Positions 36,077 through 39,334 of a stretch of 39,334 bases of DNA are shown here, in pieces. The stretch lies in the IMG/VR virus record IMGVR_UViG_3300044267_003466, positions 1 to 39,334 of that record; one strand, written 5' to 3'. Below the pieces are notes generated by a model. It made no database searches, was not told the DNA's origin, and saw nothing but the letters and a program-made list of their open reading frames with translations. Every line of letters begins with the position of its first letter. The stretch's first letter is position 1. Made by a program: the position numbers and the translations under genes. The DNA comes from a virus. Its lineage: Duplodnaviria > Caudoviricetes.

Positions 36077-36252
36077 GTGATATATCAGTAAGTGATGCAG
36101 CCATAGGTGTTTTGTTAGCAGAGCTTGAGAAAAGAGGAGCTTTCAAAACGATTATGTTTGTAGATGAACAAGGTAGGAATGAAATCAAAGCAATCATTCC
36201 ACCAAAACCTTTGTTCGTTACACAAAATGCTGTACAACAAGAGGAAGAATGA
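36073..36252 (+). CDS. Hypothetical protein (59 aa)
   Basis: MSDISVSDAAIGVLLAELEKRG...QQEEE; ATGA overlaps at both ends. Confidence 0.7.
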   Translation: MSDISVSDAAIGVLLAELEKRGAFKTIMFVDEQGRNEIKAIIPPKPLFVTQNAVQQEEE

Positions 36253-36506
36253 TAAAAGCAACAGCTAAACAAATAGCCGAAGTAACAGATTTAATTAATA
36301 ATTGTAGCAGTTGGAAAGTAAAACTTAGTGCAACAAAATGGTTAAATCGTTCTGACTTAAACACAGTTGATGTAGATAATGTTATATGGAAACTAAGACC
36401 ATTAAGGAAACCTAAGTTTTCAAGATTTGATTTACCTAATCTAAGTTATGATGAGGACACACCTGATATGTACAATATGAAAGAGTACAACTCAGAGGAT
36501 TTTTAA
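36249..36506 (+). CDS. Hypothetical protein (85 aa)
   Basis: Last plus-strand gene; overlaps the convergent phosphoesterase gene by 15 nt. Confidence 0.65.
   Translation: MIKATAKQIAEVTDLINNCSSWKVKLSATKWLNRSDLNTVDVDNVIWKLRPLRKPKFSRFDLPNLSYDEDTPDMYNMKEYNSEDF
36255..36299 (+). repeat. 45-bp direct repeat, copy 2
   Basis: 43/45 identical to 35181-35225. Confidence 0.9.
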
Positions 36507-37676
36507 GTTATCCCAACCTTTTTTATTTATAGTAAATGTTAATACTCCTGGATGAGACCAAAGCCCTGTCCTTTCCGTAAAGTCAATGCTCTTATCTAAA
36601 CTTCCACACTGAAACCAAGTCCTATCACCTTGTTGTTTAGCACGAAAATGGTGATAATGACCCGTCACTAAAATCTTTGAGTTCATAGCAGGAAGAAAAC
36701 CATACATCTGTCCTTTCCACCAATTCTCTATCTTAGTTTCAGGATTACCACCCGAGCCTCCTGCCATGTGACCATGCGTGTAGCTACAGGTTATTCCTTT
36801 GACGGTAGTTGTAACGTGAAATCCATCTGGGATTTCTACTTTCACTTTCTTGTATCTTTCTTTGTTAGCATCAAATATCTCCTGCATTATTTGTAAGTGC
36901 ATGGTATCAGAGTTATCTAATCTACTTGTTAACACCCCGCCTTTAGAATTACGAGTCATCTCCCCATGATTTCCTGGACATCCTGTCAAGATAATCTTAT
37001 CTACTAAAGGTAGGAATGTTTCAACTGTATTGAATATCATATTCCTAGCCAATGCGTATTGCTCAATCAGTGATAACTCGACATTGAAAGGCTGACTGTC
37101 AAAGTAATTCATAGAACAATTTTCTGTGAGGTCACCCATTCCTACCAAATGTACTTCATCTATCTCAACACCTATCTTTCTTAGATGTTTAATGCGTGCT
37201 ACTGCATCTTGTAAAGCTATCTCGTATCGGCTTAACATGGCTTCTACACCGTAATCTCTCTTTCCTACCTGCCAATCCGACATAAAAAACATGAAAGCTG
37301 TGTCTCCACCGTACACTTTTGTCTGTAAAGGAGGTTTCTTAGATGATTTTTTTAATAATTCTTTGAAATACTTGTCGTGACCAGGCTTCTTCTTCCTTAC
37401 AATGCCCTTAAAAGCGTGAAAAGTCTCAACTCTTCCTCCTTTTAGTTGCTGTTGCCAGGACGATACTTTTACAGCTCCTTCTATTTCGTACTCTTTAGGG
37501 TCGAAGTTCCACTCTCTTAGTATTTCATCATACTTATTTCTAAAGTCAGGGTCTGTTCCTACGTGTGTAATCTCTCCGATACCAGTTAAATCGTTAACCT
37601 CTATGTTAGGTTTCCAACCTGATTTATAGAAATTGTTACCTATTTCATTAGGTATAGGTTTCTTTTTTTGTGACAT
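36492..37676 (-). CDS. Calcineurin-like metallophosphoesterase
   Basis: SDWQ, GDL, GNHGE, HGH and GHYHH motifs in canonical order. Confidence 0.88.
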   Translation of the reverse strand: MSQKKKPIPNEIGNNFYKSGWKPNIEVNDLTGIGEITHVGTDPDFRNKYDEILREWNFDPKEYEIEGAVKVSSWQQQLKGGRVETFHAFKGIVRKKKPGHDKYFKELLKKSSKKPPLQTKVYGGDTAFMFFMSDWQVGKRDYGVEAMLSRYEIALQDAVARIKHLRKIGVEIDEVHLVGMGDLTENCSMNYFDSQPFNVELSLIEQYALARNMIFNTVETFLPLVDKIILTGCPGNHGEMTRNSKGGVLTSRLDNSDTMHLQIMQEIFDANKERYKKVKVEIPDGFHVTTTVKGITCSYTHGHMAGGSGGNPETKIENWWKGQMYGFLPAMNSKILVTGHYHHFRAKQQGDRTWFQCGSLDKSIDFTERTGLWSHPGVLTFTINKKGWDNLKIL

Positions 37677-37731
37677 TAAGCCCTCCTTTTTCCTGTTAAT
37701 AACAGTTTACAGGACTTGTGTGACAAATATG

Positions 37732-38013
37732 TTATTTAGAAATTTGTTTTTTGGCGTAAGCCTTGACAACGGCAAGAGCGGCTGCTCCTCCAGATAATAA
37801 GGCAAGCTGAACTACTTCTGCGTCAACACCAACTAATGGTGCGATTGTCAAGGAAGCAATAAAAGCCTCCAAGAAGGTCCATACTACACGCTCTAACATG
37901 TCTTTGAGTTCGTCACTCATTCCATACTCCCATGCTTCTGACCAAGGAGTCCACGCCACATCCTTCTTGAATGTTCCATCTTGGTTTCTTCTTCTTTTTA
38001 GTTTTTCAAACAT
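37732..38013 (-). CDS. Holin (r1t-like), with a possible second start at 37920
   Basis: LERVVWTFLEAF plus two hydrophobic helices and a basic tail. ATG at 38013 overlaps the endolysin stop and has a GGAGG SD. Confidence 0.7.
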   Translation of the reverse strand: MFEKLKRRRNQDGTFKKDVAWTPWSEAWEYGMSDELKDMLERVVWTFLEAFIASLTIAPLVGVDAEVVQLALLSGGAAALAVVKAYAKKQISK

Positions 38014-38516
38014 TAACTTAATATCCTCCACTTTAGTTTAGGTTTGTCTTTTACTAAGTTTATTTTACTATACTCTATCGTAACTTTCTCTCCGTTTAGT
38101 AAAGCATCTCGTACTTTAGGGTACATTTTCTTATACGCATTCTTAGAGCTACCAACAAATCCATTAAAGTTAACATCTAAATCCTGCTGAGTGTCTCCAA
38201 TTATCCCACAACCTGAGGTATGCTCGTCCGTATTCCCCTGATGCAGTAAGATATACTCAAATCCAGGTACATTCTGTACATGAAGCATACCTTTGTGAAA
38301 TTCTTCACCATATCTTGCTAAGTATTTACCGTGAAATCCACCTACATCTCTAAATTTAATCTCGTATGTACCTTCAGGTATGCAGGTTTCGTGCATAACC
38401 TTAACATCTCTGTATTCATCTTCTAATGTATAACATTCAAAGACACCATCAATGAATAGCAATCCATTTGTTGCATCTTTACCAAACTGTGTTCTTACTA
38501 CTTGTAGTTTCATCAT
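38013..38516 (-). CDS. DUF5675-like putative endolysin
   Basis: T.G.L...F.CYTLED, CIPEGTY, VPGFEYILLH.GN...TSGC motifs; adjacent to the holin. Confidence 0.75.
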   Translation of the reverse strand: MMKLQVVRTQFGKDATNGLLFIDGVFECYTLEDEYRDVKVMHETCIPEGTYEIKFRDVGGFHGKYLARYGEEFHKGMLHVQNVPGFEYILLHQGNTDEHTSGCGIIGDTQQDLDVNFNGFVGSSKNAYKKMYPKVRDALLNGEKVTIEYSKINLVKDKPKLKWRILS

Positions 38517-38599
38517 TCCTCCAATAAGGTTTTAAGTACTTTGCCCATAACTAAACCTATTATAATATAAATAATTAGTTGTAATATGTTAATTTCCAT
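38513..38599 (-). CDS. Membrane micropeptide (28 aa)
   Basis: MEINILQLIIYIIIGLVMGKVLKTLLEE; ATGA overlap with the endolysin gene. Confidence 0.6.
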   Translation of the reverse strand: MEINILQLIIYIIIGLVMGKVLKTLLEE

Positions 38600-38602
38600 A
38601 AA

Positions 38603-38710
38603 CTATTCTTCTTCTCCTATACACTTAGGACACAAAAAACTTTTATCGTAGTCTTGCCAATAAGGTGTAAGACATCTCTCGCAGTAAGCAGTTAGGATAG
38701 CTTCTGACAT
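38603..38710 (-). CDS. Zinc-ribbon micropeptide (35 aa)
   Basis: MSEAILTAYCERCLTPYWQDYDKSFLCPKCIGEEE; TAATG overlap with the upstream gene. Confidence 0.65.
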   Translation of the reverse strand: MSEAILTAYCERCLTPYWQDYDKSFLCPKCIGEEE

Positions 38711-39216
38711 TAACTATTACTTTCTAACCAGTCCAAACGATTGTCGAAATCATCAAACTTCCACCATTTTTCACCCCATTGTGTCTCTAATATCAATACT
38801 CTATCTTTAAGTTGGTCAAACTCCCATTCATCTATACCACTTCCATCGCCTGTGTCTGCATACTGATTAGCTTCTAAGTATGTAACTCGTTCTGATAAAT
38901 ATTCCAAGTCATACATTTTTTGTTGTAAGTCGGCATAGTTCTCTTCTAATAATAAAACTCTTTCTGATAGATATTCATTCTCATAGTTAGCTGATTCAAG
39001 TTGATATACCTTTTCATATAGAATTGCTATGTCATTTGAAACCATAGTTGATTCTTGTAGCTGATAGAATTGTTCTTCAAGATAATACATTCTCTCATCT
39101 ACGGATAGAATTGAATCTACGATGTGTGTTGTTTGTTGGATACCTGCACCAACTGAACCCATAAGACCAATAGCCACAGCTATAAATGCAATATTCTCTC
39201 TTATCTTTTGTAGCAT
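38710..39216 (-). CDS. Membrane-anchored coiled-coil protein
   Basis: N-terminal hydrophobic segment followed by repeated ER(V/M)xxLE heptads. Confidence 0.7.
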   Translation of the reverse strand: MLQKIRENIAFIAVAIGLMGSVGAGIQQTTHIVDSILSVDERMYYLEEQFYQLQESTMVSNDIAILYEKVYQLESANYENEYLSERVLLLEENYADLQQKMYDLEYLSERVTYLEANQYADTGDGSGIDEWEFDQLKDRVLILETQWGEKWWKFDDFDNRLDWLESNS

Positions 39217-39334
39217 TATCTCTTACCCCCATCATAAGCTACTGCGTGTCCGACTTCTATCATCTCTTGGTTAATATTTGTTTCATCTATATAAAGTTCT
39301 CCGAGTACTCTGCCATATTTACCTGTTCCTTGTG
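39216..39334 (-). CDS. Thermonuclease (staphylococcal nuclease family), C-terminal fragment
   Basis: ...GKYGRVLGELYIDETNINQEMIEVGHAVAYDGGKR*, the SNase C-terminal signature; truncated by the window edge. Confidence 0.85.
   Translation of the reverse strand, partial: QGTGKYGRVLGELYIDETNINQEMIEVGHAVAYDGGKR

Noticed and set aside
35181-36299. Diversity-generating retroelement TR/VR pair
   Set aside because: Only two mismatches, neither at adenines; the repeat is N-terminal; no reverse transcriptase is present in the window.

Overview
Most of a low-GC (about 35% by eye) tailed dsDNA phage genome with podovirus-like organisation. The minus strand (1-27.6 kb) carries the virion module: terminase, portal, a block of large putative ejected/internal virion proteins (one with a lysozyme-like domain), scaffold, major capsid, and tail adaptor, nozzle and fibre genes. 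A ~0.9 kb non-coding strand-switch region (27.6-28.5 kb) follows. Next is a plus-strand early region (28.5-36.5 kb) of small genes, an SGNH hydrolase, HTH proteins, a Rad52/Sak annealing protein and a DNA methyltransferase. A minus-strand nuclease/lysis block (thermonuclease, DUF5675-like endolysin, holin, metallophosphoesterase) closes the window. No integrase, polymerase, primase or helicase is recognisable. A low-GC actinobacterial host is an inference only. The best unexplained signal is a 72-nt RNA at 27694-27765 (-): a complete tmRNA tRNA-like domain (G3.U70, A73, T-arm, unpaired D-loop) whose mRNA-like domain is replaced by a GNRA hairpin. It has its own promoter, an anti-Shine-Dalgarno leader and a downstream basic micropeptide. 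Other signals are a family of long RNA stems closed by UAGGUAGC/GCUAUCUA and a possibly pseudoknotted scaffold leader. All calls come from reading motifs by eye; no searches were run.
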